Source: a virus. From it: a stretch of DNA of 64,000 bases. Within the stretch, counting starts at the first letter, position 1, and every line of letters starts with the position of its first letter. This document shows positions 34,371 to 44,092 of this stretch, in pieces. The position numbers and the translations under genes were made by a program. The DNA is taken from IMG/VR virus record IMGVR_UViG_3300023174_000141, positions 1 to 64,000 of that record; one strand, written 5' to 3'. The notes under the pieces are model-generated. The model did not search any database. It was given only the letters and a program-made list of their open reading frames with translations, and was not told the origin of the DNA.

Positions 34371-36464
34371 ATGGCAGGGCCCGACAACCAGCGCAGCGCG
34401 AACTTCATCATCCCCGCCGGGGAGAGCCAGCTCAACTACACGGCGAAGGCTCTGACCCAGAAGATCTTGAACTTTGAGTTCACGATCAAGCGGACGCTCG
34501 CGACGACTGTCGGGCCCACTGTCTACGAGCCGGATCGGCCGACCACGCCGGACCCGGCTCTAGTGTTCGGGCAGATGCACGGCATCTTCCACACGACGCT
34601 GCTGGGCGGCCAGATGGACCTCCTTCTGGTCCGCTCCGGCGACAAGCTCTTCCGCCACGCCGGCTGGCAGCGTGGCTGGGAGCAGCTCTACTCGGGCCTC
34701 ACCTCTGACACCAAGGGCGCCGCGTTCCCGGACCAGTTCGTCGTCGTGAACGACACGGTCATCTGGACGAACGGCATCGACCAGCCGCTGGTCATTGGCG
34801 CGCACGGCGTCGTGACGCCGCTAGGCTTCAACAACAAGCCCGCGGCTCCGTCGGTCTACGGGCCGGGACAGTTCGCCAGCACGGCCCAGTTCTACCCGAA
34901 CGCCAGCGGTTACTCGTGGCGCGGCGACATCGGCACGCCGGGCGACGTGCTGAGCGGTACGCAGGGCGCGATCCTCGACGGGGCTTGGTACTACTACGCC
35001 CAGTTCGAGGACATCTACGGCAACATGAGCCCGCCGTCGGCCATCTCGAACGCTGCATGGGTCCGCACCATCCAGGCGAATCCCTACGACCCGAAGTCGA
35101 CGGGTGAGACGACGGGCGCGACCATCGACGACCTGACGCGCCAGTTCTTCGTGCGTCTCGCCTCGAAGGGGCCTGAGCACACAGCGGCGACGCACATTTT
35201 CCGAACCCCCGACACGCGCCGCGCTTCGACAAAGCCTCGTCGGCTGGTCCGTCTACCCGGCCGCGAGCCTTCCATCTTCGGGGACCGACGTGCGGACAGC
35301 GACCTCGGCGACGAGATGGAGACTCCCGTCATCGTTCCGACGTTCCGCACCATGTGCGTGCACGAAGGACGCCTCGTCATCGCGAACACGCCGTCGGACC
35401 CGGGTATCGTCCGCATCTCGGACCCGGGGTTCCCCGGCACGTTCCTAGAGGACAACTACACCTACCCCGACGTGCACGGGGCAGACGTCATCGCCGTCGC
35501 TTCGCACATGGGGATGCTGCTGGCCTTCACCGAGGGTGCGGTCTACGACATCACCCCAGACCGGCAGACGGGCATGCTGACGACGGGCTCGACGCTCATC
35601 CAGGGTATCGGCTGCACGGCACCCCGCAGCATCGCCGCGCTCTACAACGGCTTCCTCATCTGGCTCGGCCGCGACGGCTTCTACTCCTGCGACGCCAAGG
35701 GGAACATCCAGCTCATCAGCGACGACATCCACAAGATCCTCAACTACGACATGAACACGTCGAAGTTCCGTCGTGCGGTGTCCGTGGTCGACCCCGTCAG
35801 CCGAGAGTACCACTGCGCCATCCCCATCGCGGGAACCCCCAACAACCGCGTCACGTTCTGCTATGACGGGCAGAACTGGCGCCGGCACGACTTCGAGAAG
35901 CTGTCCGTCGACGACATGACGGTGACCGAGGACTACCGCCAGCTCGTCCTGTTCGTGGGCCGTCGGCTCGACATCATCAACGCCCAGTGGAACGTCTACG
36001 TCAAGGACCGCGAGACGACGAACTACGAGGTGCCGGCGCGCTCCGCCTACTACCGCTCTGGCTGGTTCTTCGCCGACGACACCGGCAGCACCTTCATGCA
36101 CGTTCGGTCGCTCTACCTCGGCATGCTGGACTCCTGGAACGGGCCGTTCACCATCCGCTTCTTCCGCAACAACTCGTGGAAGCCCGTGCTCGAGATGACC
36201 GACGTCCTCGGCATCGGGGTGGACGACGACAGCGACGTGGTCCGCGACGTGGCTGGCAGCGCCATCGTCGGAGAGGCGCGCGTCCACGAGCCCCGTCTCT
36301 TCTGGCGCATGGTGCCGGTCGGCCTTGAGAACGCCTACTCGTGGGCGTTCGAGATTCAGGCGGACTACCCCACGCGCCTTAACCTGGCCTCTGTCGCCTA
36401 CGACGTCAGCGCGGCGTCGGGCGGCAACAACCGCGGCCGCGTGCCGCTGCGAGCCGACGTATGA
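34371..36464 (+). CDS. Tail nozzle / P22 gp10-like stabilization protein
   Basis: Beta-propeller-like segments: HEGRLVIA, GIGCTAPRSI, WLGRDGFY, ISDDI. Confidence 0.75.
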   Translation: MAGPDNQRSANFIIPAGESQLNYTAKALTQKILNFEFTIKRTLATTVGPTVYEPDRPTTPDPALVFGQMHGIFHTTLLGGQMDLLLVRSGDKLFRHAGWQRGWEQLYSGLTSDTKGAAFPDQFVVVNDTVIWTNGIDQPLVIGAHGVVTPLGFNNKPAAPSVYGPGQFASTAQFYPNASGYSWRGDIGTPGDVLSGTQGAILDGAWYYYAQFEDIYGNMSPPSAISNAAWVRTIQANPYDPKSTGETTGATIDDLTRQFFVRLASKGPEHTAATHIFRTPDTRRASTKPRRLVRLPGREPSIFGDRRADSDLGDEMETPVIVPTFRTMCVHEGRLVIANTPSDPGIVRISDPGFPGTFLEDNYTYPDVHGADVIAVASHMGMLLAFTEGAVYDITPDRQTGMLTTGSTLIQGIGCTAPRSIAALYNGFLIWLGRDGFYSCDAKGNIQLISDDIHKILNYDMNTSKFRRAVSVVDPVSREYHCAIPIAGTPNNRVTFCYDGQNWRRHDFEKLSVDDMTVTEDYRQLVLFVGRRLDIINAQWNVYVKDRETTNYEVPARSAYYRSGWFFADDTGSTFMHVRSLYLGMLDSWNGPFTIRFFRNNSWKPVLEMTDVLGIGVDDDSDVVRDVAGSAIVGEARVHEPRLFWRMVPVGLENAYSWAFEIQADYPTRLNLASVAYDVSAASGGNNRGRVPLRADV

Positions 36465-38092
36465 GCTACCAGTTCCCCCGCCGTGTCCTTCGCACGCAGG
36501 ACGTGCTGGACCCCATCGAGCTCACGCAGGACATCTCTCCCGCAGCAGAGCGGCTGTCGGGTCGGCTCAACGCCCACAACTTTAGTTCGACCATCTCGTC
36601 GACGGTGCCGGTGGAGCCCGACGCGTTCTACGCAGTCCAGCACTACGAGTATGACCAGTTCTTCTACTGGGACGGGGTGAACCCGAACTGGGGCAACCCC
36701 GACCTCAACTGGGCACCCGGCCTCGCCTACCAGGTCCAGAACAACTTCGAGTGGAACGTCATCACCGAACCCGCGAGCTTCAACAGCGACCCGGCGCAGG
36801 TGACGATCAGCACGGGCAACAGCGTGCTCTGGATCAACGCCTACGCCCAGTACCTCTGGTACGGCTTCGACGACCCGCCCACCACGACATGGTTCCCGAC
36901 GCCCCGGGACCAGCACGCGCACGGGGCCATGACGACGCCGGCGAACATCCAGTTCGCGATTCGTGTCGACGGGAACATCGTGCCGGAGAGCATCACGGGC
37001 ATCGACGACATGACGTACCGCGCGTCTGTGCCCATCCGGCAGAGCGTCCAGCGCACGGCGTCGTCGATCCTGCCTGGGCCGGCGGACATCCGCGGTAGCC
37101 AGATCGTAGCGCTCGGGCCTCCGGTACTTCCAGTGCGCGTCTCCGCGATGGTTCCCGTGCAGGCGGGAGAGCACACCGTGGAGCTCGTCGTTCGACGCGT
37201 GCCGGTCATCAACGGCAACAGCATCAAGGCGTACAAGAGCTCCGACAAGGTCTACGTCTTCGGCCGGCAGGTCAACGCCATCGACCTCAAGAGCTTCCCT
37301 GTCGACAGCGTCACGGGGTCAGAGGTCTCGGCCGCTGGCTGGGACGAAGAGGACGAGATCACGACGGCCTCCATCTACACGGCGCGCGTGCAGCCCATCA
37401 TCACGCGGAGCAACGCGATCCAGGAGGGCAACCTCTCTCGCGGCGCGCTGATGCACTACCACCTCCCGTCGGCGCTCCTCGGCGCGTATTCGGTCGAGGT
37501 GATGTTCTCGGGCGAGCTCTTCAACAACACGATGCCGGGGCAGGGGTCGACGACCACCACGACGACCCGCTACGCAGGCGCCCCAACCAACGGCTGGACG
37601 CTCGTGTCGGACGGCGGAGCCTCTCCGACGGGCGGCACGCTGCTCGTGACGAACATCCCGGCGGCGGTTGACCAGAAGCTCCTCGTGCTGGCGAACGTGC
37701 AGGTCCGCAACCTCCGCGGCGGTGTCGACGCCAGCCTCACCACGCGCGCCGCGTCCATCCGGTCCTTCGCGCTGTTCCGCCTCATGTGGCGCCGCTCGGC
37801 GTTCGCGCCATGGACGGCCGTGAACGAGAGCGACGGGATGGTGAACAGCTTCGTCTGGTGGCCGTCTGATCCGTCGACGAACCCAGACCCGGCGGACGCC
37901 GCCAACCGTCAGCCGATGCAGGCCTACGGTCTCGAGCAGGTGGAGGTGCCGCTCATGGCGCTGATCACGGTGCCGGCCGGAACGCCGGTGCAGGTCGGCA
38001 TGTTCTGCGGCACGGCGGGTCAGTCTGAGGGGACCGACACGGAGTTCGAGATCCGGCACGGCAACATCGTCGTGCTCGCGCTGCGCGCGTAG
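36461..38092 (+). CDS. Tail structural protein
   Basis: Position; beta-rich, apparently two modules. Confidence 0.65.
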   Translation: MSYQFPRRVLRTQDVLDPIELTQDISPAAERLSGRLNAHNFSSTISSTVPVEPDAFYAVQHYEYDQFFYWDGVNPNWGNPDLNWAPGLAYQVQNNFEWNVITEPASFNSDPAQVTISTGNSVLWINAYAQYLWYGFDDPPTTTWFPTPRDQHAHGAMTTPANIQFAIRVDGNIVPESITGIDDMTYRASVPIRQSVQRTASSILPGPADIRGSQIVALGPPVLPVRVSAMVPVQAGEHTVELVVRRVPVINGNSIKAYKSSDKVYVFGRQVNAIDLKSFPVDSVTGSEVSAAGWDEEDEITTASIYTARVQPIITRSNAIQEGNLSRGALMHYHLPSALLGAYSVEVMFSGELFNNTMPGQGSTTTTTTRYAGAPTNGWTLVSDGGASPTGGTLLVTNIPAAVDQKLLVLANVQVRNLRGGVDASLTTRAASIRSFALFRLMWRRSAFAPWTAVNESDGMVNSFVWWPSDPSTNPDPADAANRQPMQAYGLEQVEVPLMALITVPAGTPVQVGMFCGTAGQSEGTDTEFEIRHGNIVVLALRA

Positions 38093-38100
38093 GAGGACAC

Positions 38101-38901
38101 ATGGCGACCATCACCCCGGCGACGACCTACCCCGCCGGAGCGCTCGACATCGCGGGCCACAACGCGAACATCTTCTCGACGACGGCGGGCCAAGGCGTGC
38201 TGTCCGAGCCGAACGGTGGCCTAGAGCAGGCCAACCTCGACGCGACGTTCTCCGTTCGCGACGAACACGTCATGTCGGAGGAAGCGGTCATGGCGAGGGC
38301 CGAGAGCCTCACCATGCCGATGGACATCTACAACAACGCCTTTGCTCAGCGCGAGGAGGATGACCCTACGTTTGTCCCCATCGGCGGACTGTGCCAGCGC
38401 GTCCTCGTGCCCTACGACGTCAGCGCCGTGGTCTGGCAGTGGTCGTTCTTCGTGTCGGTGTGGCGCCCGTTCGTCGTGAAGTCGCAGGACGAGACGCTGT
38501 TCGGCGCCGACGTGCCACAGGTCGCGGTGCGTGTCTACGTCGATGGAGTGGAGTACCCCGCGTTCCGCCGTCCTCTCCCCGTGTCGGCCGACATCAACGC
38601 GTTAGCGATTCCGCTCGCCGGGTCAGCCGGGGCTGAGATCAGCTACGAGCGCGTGACGTCGCTCTGGTTCGAGCTCTCGAAGCTCCAGACCAGCGTGAGC
38701 AAGGGCTACCACGAGCTGACGGTGCGGCTCTTCATGCCGCGGGTCCACTTCAACAACGAAGAGGACGAGCTCACGGCGATGGTGGGCGTGGGCCGCTTCT
38801 GCGAGTCTCCGACGAACGATGGTGACGCCGAAGTCATCTCGACCATACACACGCGCGTCACCCTCGGAAGCCGCGGCGTCCGATTCGTGATGTTCAAGTA
38901 G
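38101..38901 (+). CDS. Tail structural protein
   Basis: SD AGGAGG; motifs shared with the preceding gene. Confidence 0.65.
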   Translation: MATITPATTYPAGALDIAGHNANIFSTTAGQGVLSEPNGGLEQANLDATFSVRDEHVMSEEAVMARAESLTMPMDIYNNAFAQREEDDPTFVPIGGLCQRVLVPYDVSAVVWQWSFFVSVWRPFVVKSQDETLFGADVPQVAVRVYVDGVEYPAFRRPLPVSADINALAIPLAGSAGAEISYERVTSLWFELSKLQTSVSKGYHELTVRLFMPRVHFNNEEDELTAMVGVGRFCESPTNDGDAEVISTIHTRVTLGSRGVRFVMFK

Positions 38902-38950
38902 CCCGTCGCGCGCCTCGGCGCAACACGATATACTCGGCGCGAGGTGAAGA

Positions 38951-39607
38951 ATGGCACCACTGGTCACTTCCGCGCTGATCGGTATCGGGGGCAAGGCGCT
39001 TGCTCCCGCGTTCGGTGCGGCGGGCGCGAAGCTCGCTGAGGTCTTTGACCCCGAGGCGCGGGCCTACCAGAAGCAGCTTCGCAAGGACACCGAGGCGCTG
39101 CGGCAGGGCAAGCTCGGTCTCTCCGAGGCGGAGAAGCGCGGCATGCTCGCCGGGACGCAGCGGGCGCTCCAGGCGCAGACGATGGGTGCCGAAGCCAACC
39201 TCCGGCGGCAGGCCGCGGCGATGGGCGGGTTCGGGCGCAGCGGCGCCCAGACCAACGCCCTCCGCGGCATCGCGGCGGCGCAGGGCGAGCAGCTTGCGAA
39301 GGCGGCGGGAGCTGCCGACGCACTGTCGCAGGACGTCGCGCAGCGGCGGTTCCAAGACGTCATGGGGCGGCTGTCTCGTCAGCGCGACGAGGCTCGTCAG
39401 ACGGCCGGCATGCTCGGCGGTGCGGCTGCCGCAGCGATCCAGGAAGGCGTCGGCGCCTACCCCGCGGTGAAGCTGACCCAGCTCACCGAGGCTGTGGCGG
39501 ACGCGAAGGCCAAGCTCGCGATGGCGGAGAAGGGCGGCGACCCGAAGGCCGTCGAGGCCGCGAAGGCAGCATACGACGCGGCGCTCGGCGCTGCCGGAGG
39601 TAAGTGA
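38951..39607 (+). CDS. Ejection/pilot protein (putative)
   Basis: Ala/Gly/Gln-rich; AAAMGGFGRSG motif. Confidence 0.65.
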   Translation: MAPLVTSALIGIGGKALAPAFGAAGAKLAEVFDPEARAYQKQLRKDTEALRQGKLGLSEAEKRGMLAGTQRALQAQTMGAEANLRRQAAAMGGFGRSGAQTNALRGIAAAQGEQLAKAAGAADALSQDVAQRRFQDVMGRLSRQRDEARQTAGMLGGAAAAAIQEGVGAYPAVKLTQLTEAVADAKAKLAMAEKGGDPKAVEAAKAAYDAALGAAGGK

Positions 39608-42600
39608 TGGCGGCCCCTAGCTACGAGAACCCCCTCTACGCGGCGTACCTCACTCGCCACAACATCTACGACGACACCCTTCCGACGCCGAACCCGGCGG
39701 TGCTGAAGGAGTGGCAGGACTACAGCGGCGACCTGGCCCGGTACTCCAAGGACAAGGACGCGCAGGGGCTCAAGGAGCGCATCGAGGACAAGAAGCTCCG
39801 CCTAGGGTACATCAAGGCCAGCCAGGACTTCCTCGCGAAGATCGAGGAGACCAAGGGGAAGAACGCGCGCGTCTCGCTGCAGGAGTTCGTCGACCGCAAC
39901 AACAACCTCACGGACAACTCCACCAAGATCGCGACGCAGGGCACTCAGTACACCAGCCGAGCGTTCGAGCCGTCCAAGGAAGCGTTCCGCACGGCTCCCG
40001 GCAACACCGGGGCCGCGGCGTCTCTTGCCGCGCTGACGCGCGCGATGACGGACAAGGGCATCAGCTACGACGCCTCGAAGCCGGAGATCGCAGGGCTCGC
40101 CACGCAGTGGGCCACGATGGTGCTGAAGGCGCCCGACATCATGAGCGTGACGGAGGACCAGGCCGCGAAGGCCGTCCAAGACGCCGGTGGCGGCGACACC
40201 CTCCAGCAGCAGGCGCGCGAGCTCATCCGCGCCGGCAAGCAGTCCGAGTCCGCGGTTCGCTCGGCGAACATGAAGATCAAGGACAGCGCGGACTACGCGA
40301 AGCAGCTCAGCGCGGCGGGCGGGCAGGTCACGCAAGAGCAGATGGACGAGCTGGGCAAGAAGATGGCCGAGGCCGAGCTCGGCTTCCGCTACCTCGTCGG
40401 CCGTTCTCCCGAGGAGCTCTCCTCTGACATCGAGTCGCTGAAGTCCTACGACAGCCAGTACCAGTTCATGCTCGAGCGCGAGAAGCAGCTTCGCGACGTC
40501 GCGTTCGGCGTCGGCAAGGAGGGCCTCCGCTCGAAGATGGGCCGCATCATGGCGGACCCCGACTTCCAGCTCTGGGCGCGCGACAACGGCTACGAGCTCG
40601 GTCAGGCCCAGATCGACGAGAACGGCAACGTCCTCTACGTCCCCGGCCCCCAGGACGAGCGGGCGCTCCTGCGCTTCGCCTACCAGGCGCGCACCGGCCG
40701 TCAGAGCCCGTGGCCCTTCGCGGGCAAGCCCCAGCCGACGGGTGAGCTGGTCAAGGTCACCATCACCAACGAGGGTGAGCGGCAGCGTCTCCTCTCCGGG
40801 TCGGATCTTGGCGGAGGAAAGTACGCGATCAGTGCGGACGGCTCGCTGGTCGACCCTGCGGCGTACCGAGAGGAGATGAAGAAGCTCGGCTTCACCGACC
40901 CGCAGGTAGAGGTCGCCTTCGACGACAATGGCAACCACTACTTCAAGGCCGACGGTCAGTACTACGTTGTGGGTGCGGACAGCAGCGTCGGGTCCCTCAG
41001 CGAGGCGCCCACCGGGGTGACGTTCAAGCCCGCGGTGTTCTACGGCAACGGCGACACGGCACAGCACTACCTCACGCTTGACGAGCTCAAGGGCGGAAAG
41101 GCCCAGCTCTTCGATGCCGACGGCAACCCTCGGTATGGCGTCTACGAGCAGGCCGACCAGGAGGCGTTCGACAAGGCGTCCCCGTACAAGGTCGTCGGCG
41201 CGGACCAGATCCAGGGTCTGGGCGTTCAGACCTTCGAGGGCTACCGCGACAAGCGCAACGCGAGCACGCTGGGCGCGATGGGCAACGGTGCGTTCAGCAT
41301 CAACGGTGGCCAGTACGTCTTCGGCGAGGGCGCGAAGTACGAGGTGCTTCTGTCCGATGCCGAGAAGACGCCCGGGGCGCGCCGCCAGGCTCGCCTCGCC
41401 GAGAAGGCGCAGCGTGAGCTTGGCGGGGCGACGGGGATGCCGACGGAACAGGTGCTTCGTACCGAGGCGCCTCGTCCTGCGGCGCGTCCCGCGGCGCAGC
41501 CCCCGCTCACCGCGCTCGGCGAACAGGCTGTGACGAGCCCCGCTGCGGCAGCCCGCACCGAGCAGCTCCAGCGCCAGGACCTGCTCGTCACGGGTGGGAC
41601 GGCCGCGACGGGCGGCGCGGCGGCTCCGACTCCCGCGGCGGCTCCGGCGGCGGAGGACGTGACCTACGTCAAGACCAAGGACGGCGCGACCTACAAGGCC
41701 AACGTCGACGGTGTCCAGATGGTCGCCCCGCCCACCGGCGGCACGCTCGACACCAAGGTCGTGCCCTACGCCAATCTTGGCGACCTCGAGGCGAAGCTGA
41801 AGGAAGGCGAAAAGGTCGCGGCTCCCGCTGGAATCGCGCCTCCCGCCGCAGCACCCACTCCGGCGGCCGGACCCACGATGGTGACGGCGCCTCCGGTCGG
41901 CCGCCCTCGCCCCGAGGTCACCCGCGAGGGTGAGGTCACGCGCATCGACTACGGTGCGCGCCGCCCCTCGTTCGGTGAGAAGGTCGCCACGGGGCTCGAG
42001 CGCGCGGCGGGTGCGGTCAGCTCCACCGTTGGCGGTCTCTTCCGGCGCAAGCCGGGCGAGGAGGGCCTCGAAGCTGGACCTTCGGCCGCGGAGCCGACGC
42101 TCGTCGAGAAGATTCGCACCAGCCGCGAGGCTGCTCGTGGCGACCGCGCACGGGCGGAGGCCGAGGCCGCACGTCCTGCGTTGCCGCCGCTTGCTCCGCT
42201 GCCCGACAGCGCGCGCAACGCTCCGCTCGAGACCGGTCTGCCGTCTATCGACGAGGCGCGCAAGCGCGGACTCGACGAGCAGATCATGGGGTTCTTGCTC
42301 GACAAGAACGTAGACCCCAAGGTCAGTGACCTCGCTGGTCGCGCCCAGGTGCTCACGGCGCGTCGGGCTGAGGCTGACAAGGCGCGAGACCTCGCCCGTC
42401 GCGGTCTCGGTCAGATGCCTGAGTTCGACGCTGACGCCTACACGGCGCAGGTCCGCGCGCTGGCCGACGAAGCGCGCGAGCGGATGCGCGGCCGTCGCGG
42501 GACCGACCTCAGTCTGTTTGACTCCACGCCGGGTAAGGTCGAGGGTCTGGGCTCTAACATCGAAGGAGAAACTCCGGTTCTTCAGCTCCCCGGGACGGAG

Positions 42601-43074
42601 ACGAACATCGCCGTGTCGCCGTTCCTCCGGCGCGCCGTCGAGTCGCTCGGACGCAGGCGGGCTCCCGCCCAGCCCGAAGCAGCGGCACCGCCCAGCTCGC
42701 AGATCCTGCCACCGGCGTCGACCAAGCTGGTGACGGAAGAGCAGAAGACTGGCCCGAGTTTCCTGCGAAAGACGCCGCCGGCCGCGCCGCCCGCTACCAA
42801 GAAGCCGCCGGTGGGAGCCACGAAGCCTGCGCCCGCAAAGCCCGCGGACGATGAGCTGAACTTCGACACGAGCATCGAGATGGCGTCCGAGCAGCCGAAC
42901 CAGCCGCAGACGGTGCCGATGGGTCGAGACCTTGGCGCGGGTTCGTTCACGACCTTCGGAGTGCAGCCCTTCTCCAAGCAGGAGGCGACGCCGCTCACCA
43001 CGTTCCAGCGGCTCCGCCAGCAGGCGCTGCGCGCCAAGCAGGGTAACGCTCCGACCAACGGAGGAGTACGATAA
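39604..43074 (+). CDS. Large internal virion/ejection protein (putative)
   Basis: 1156 aa with Pro/Ala linkers; position. Confidence 0.65.
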   Translation: MMAAPSYENPLYAAYLTRHNIYDDTLPTPNPAVLKEWQDYSGDLARYSKDKDAQGLKERIEDKKLRLGYIKASQDFLAKIEETKGKNARVSLQEFVDRNNNLTDNSTKIATQGTQYTSRAFEPSKEAFRTAPGNTGAAASLAALTRAMTDKGISYDASKPEIAGLATQWATMVLKAPDIMSVTEDQAAKAVQDAGGGDTLQQQARELIRAGKQSESAVRSANMKIKDSADYAKQLSAAGGQVTQEQMDELGKKMAEAELGFRYLVGRSPEELSSDIESLKSYDSQYQFMLEREKQLRDVAFGVGKEGLRSKMGRIMADPDFQLWARDNGYELGQAQIDENGNVLYVPGPQDERALLRFAYQARTGRQSPWPFAGKPQPTGELVKVTITNEGERQRLLSGSDLGGGKYAISADGSLVDPAAYREEMKKLGFTDPQVEVAFDDNGNHYFKADGQYYVVGADSSVGSLSEAPTGVTFKPAVFYGNGDTAQHYLTLDELKGGKAQLFDADGNPRYGVYEQADQEAFDKASPYKVVGADQIQGLGVQTFEGYRDKRNASTLGAMGNGAFSINGGQYVFGEGAKYEVLLSDAEKTPGARRQARLAEKAQRELGGATGMPTEQVLRTEAPRPAARPAAQPPLTALGEQAVTSPAAAARTEQLQRQDLLVTGGTAATGGAAAPTPAAAPAAEDVTYVKTKDGATYKANVDGVQMVAPPTGGTLDTKVVPYANLGDLEAKLKEGEKVAAPAGIAPPAAAPTPAAGPTMVTAPPVGRPRPEVTREGEVTRIDYGARRPSFGEKVATGLERAAGAVSSTVGGLFRRKPGEEGLEAGPSAAEPTLVEKIRTSREAARGDRARAEAEAARPALPPLAPLPDSARNAPLETGLPSIDEARKRGLDEQIMGFLLDKNVDPKVSDLAGRAQVLTARRAEADKARDLARRGLGQMPEFDADAYTAQVRALADEARERMRGRRGTDLSLFDSTPGKVEGLGSNIEGETPVLQLPGTETNIAVSPFLRRAVESLGRRRAPAQPEAAAPPSSQILPPASTKLVTEEQKTGPSFLRKTPPAAPPATKKPPVGATKPAPAKPADDELNFDTSIEMASEQPNQPQTVPMGRDLGAGSFTTFGVQPFSKQEATPLTTFQRLRQQALRAKQGNAPTNGGVR

Positions 43075-43994
43075 TGGGAAGGAAGCTCGAGAAGCCTGGC
43101 ACCATCAAGCCGGCGACCCCGTCGGCCCCCGCGCCCAAGGCCACCGCTCCGGCGGGCGGTGGCGGCGCGGCCAAGCCCAAGGCGGCTGCGGGCGGCACGC
43201 CGCGCAACCCGCCGCCTCCTCCGCCTCCTCCGGCACCCGAGCAGGAGCCGGCCGTCCCCGGCGCCGAAGCCATCGTGGAGCGGAGCATCTTCGACAGCGG
43301 CGCCGCGCGTGACACGGGTGTTGCCACCGAGCTGACGCCACAGCAACAAGCAGACCTGACGCGGGGTGTGGCTCCGGGAACGGCCGCCGAAGTACCTGAC
43401 ATGGGCAAGTACCGCGACCTGCGGGAGAAGGCGATCCGTCGCGCGGCGGAGCGGCGTTCCTGGTACGACCCCCTCAAGCGAGGGGCCACGCTAGCGTCGC
43501 TCGGCGCGTCGAACTTGGCCGTTCCGGTCCTGGCGGCCGACGTAGGCACCGCGGCCGGACGCTTCATCGGGGAGACGATCAACGAGGCGGTGACCCCGGA
43601 AGGCCGAGCGCGACTGCGGTACGGCGTAGAAAGCCGCCTGCCAGACTGGGAGATACTCGGCAAGTCCAAGGGGGCTGTCGTGCGCAACCCGTCGGGACGG
43701 ACGGGGCAGGAACTCGTGGTCTACCCCAACCCGTCTGTCGTGGAGATCGGAGGCTCGCCGGCCGAGTTTGCCGCCAACGCACGCGCCAAGGAAGCGGAGC
43801 TGCGCACCGCCCAGCGCGGGTACGACACGTTGGCCGAAGGCTACGTCTCCGCCGCCAGTCAGGCGACTACGCCAGACGCGTCGCTGGGCAGCTATGAAAA
43901 GTACATGCGTGACAGCCTCCAGCGGGTCGCCGACCTGCGAGAGACGTTGCGCCGGTCGGGGTACTCCGAAGAGGACATCGACGCCATCAAGTAG
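43074..43994 (+). CDS. Pro-rich putative internal virion protein
   Basis: TAATG overlap; position. Confidence 0.6.
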   Translation: MGRKLEKPGTIKPATPSAPAPKATAPAGGGGAAKPKAAAGGTPRNPPPPPPPPAPEQEPAVPGAEAIVERSIFDSGAARDTGVATELTPQQQADLTRGVAPGTAAEVPDMGKYRDLREKAIRRAAERRSWYDPLKRGATLASLGASNLAVPVLAADVGTAAGRFIGETINEAVTPEGRARLRYGVESRLPDWEILGKSKGAVVRNPSGRTGQELVVYPNPSVVEIGGSPAEFAANARAKEAELRTAQRGYDTLAEGYVSAASQATTPDASLGSYEKYMRDSLQRVADLRETLRRSGYSEEDIDAIK

Positions 43995-44092
43995 CGCATG
44001 CGCCAGCACCAGCGCCGTATCCGCCGTGGTTTATGCTACGATGCGGGCGGCGTTCGTGCGTCTGTGTTACGAGCGCCGAGACGGAGTGAAGC

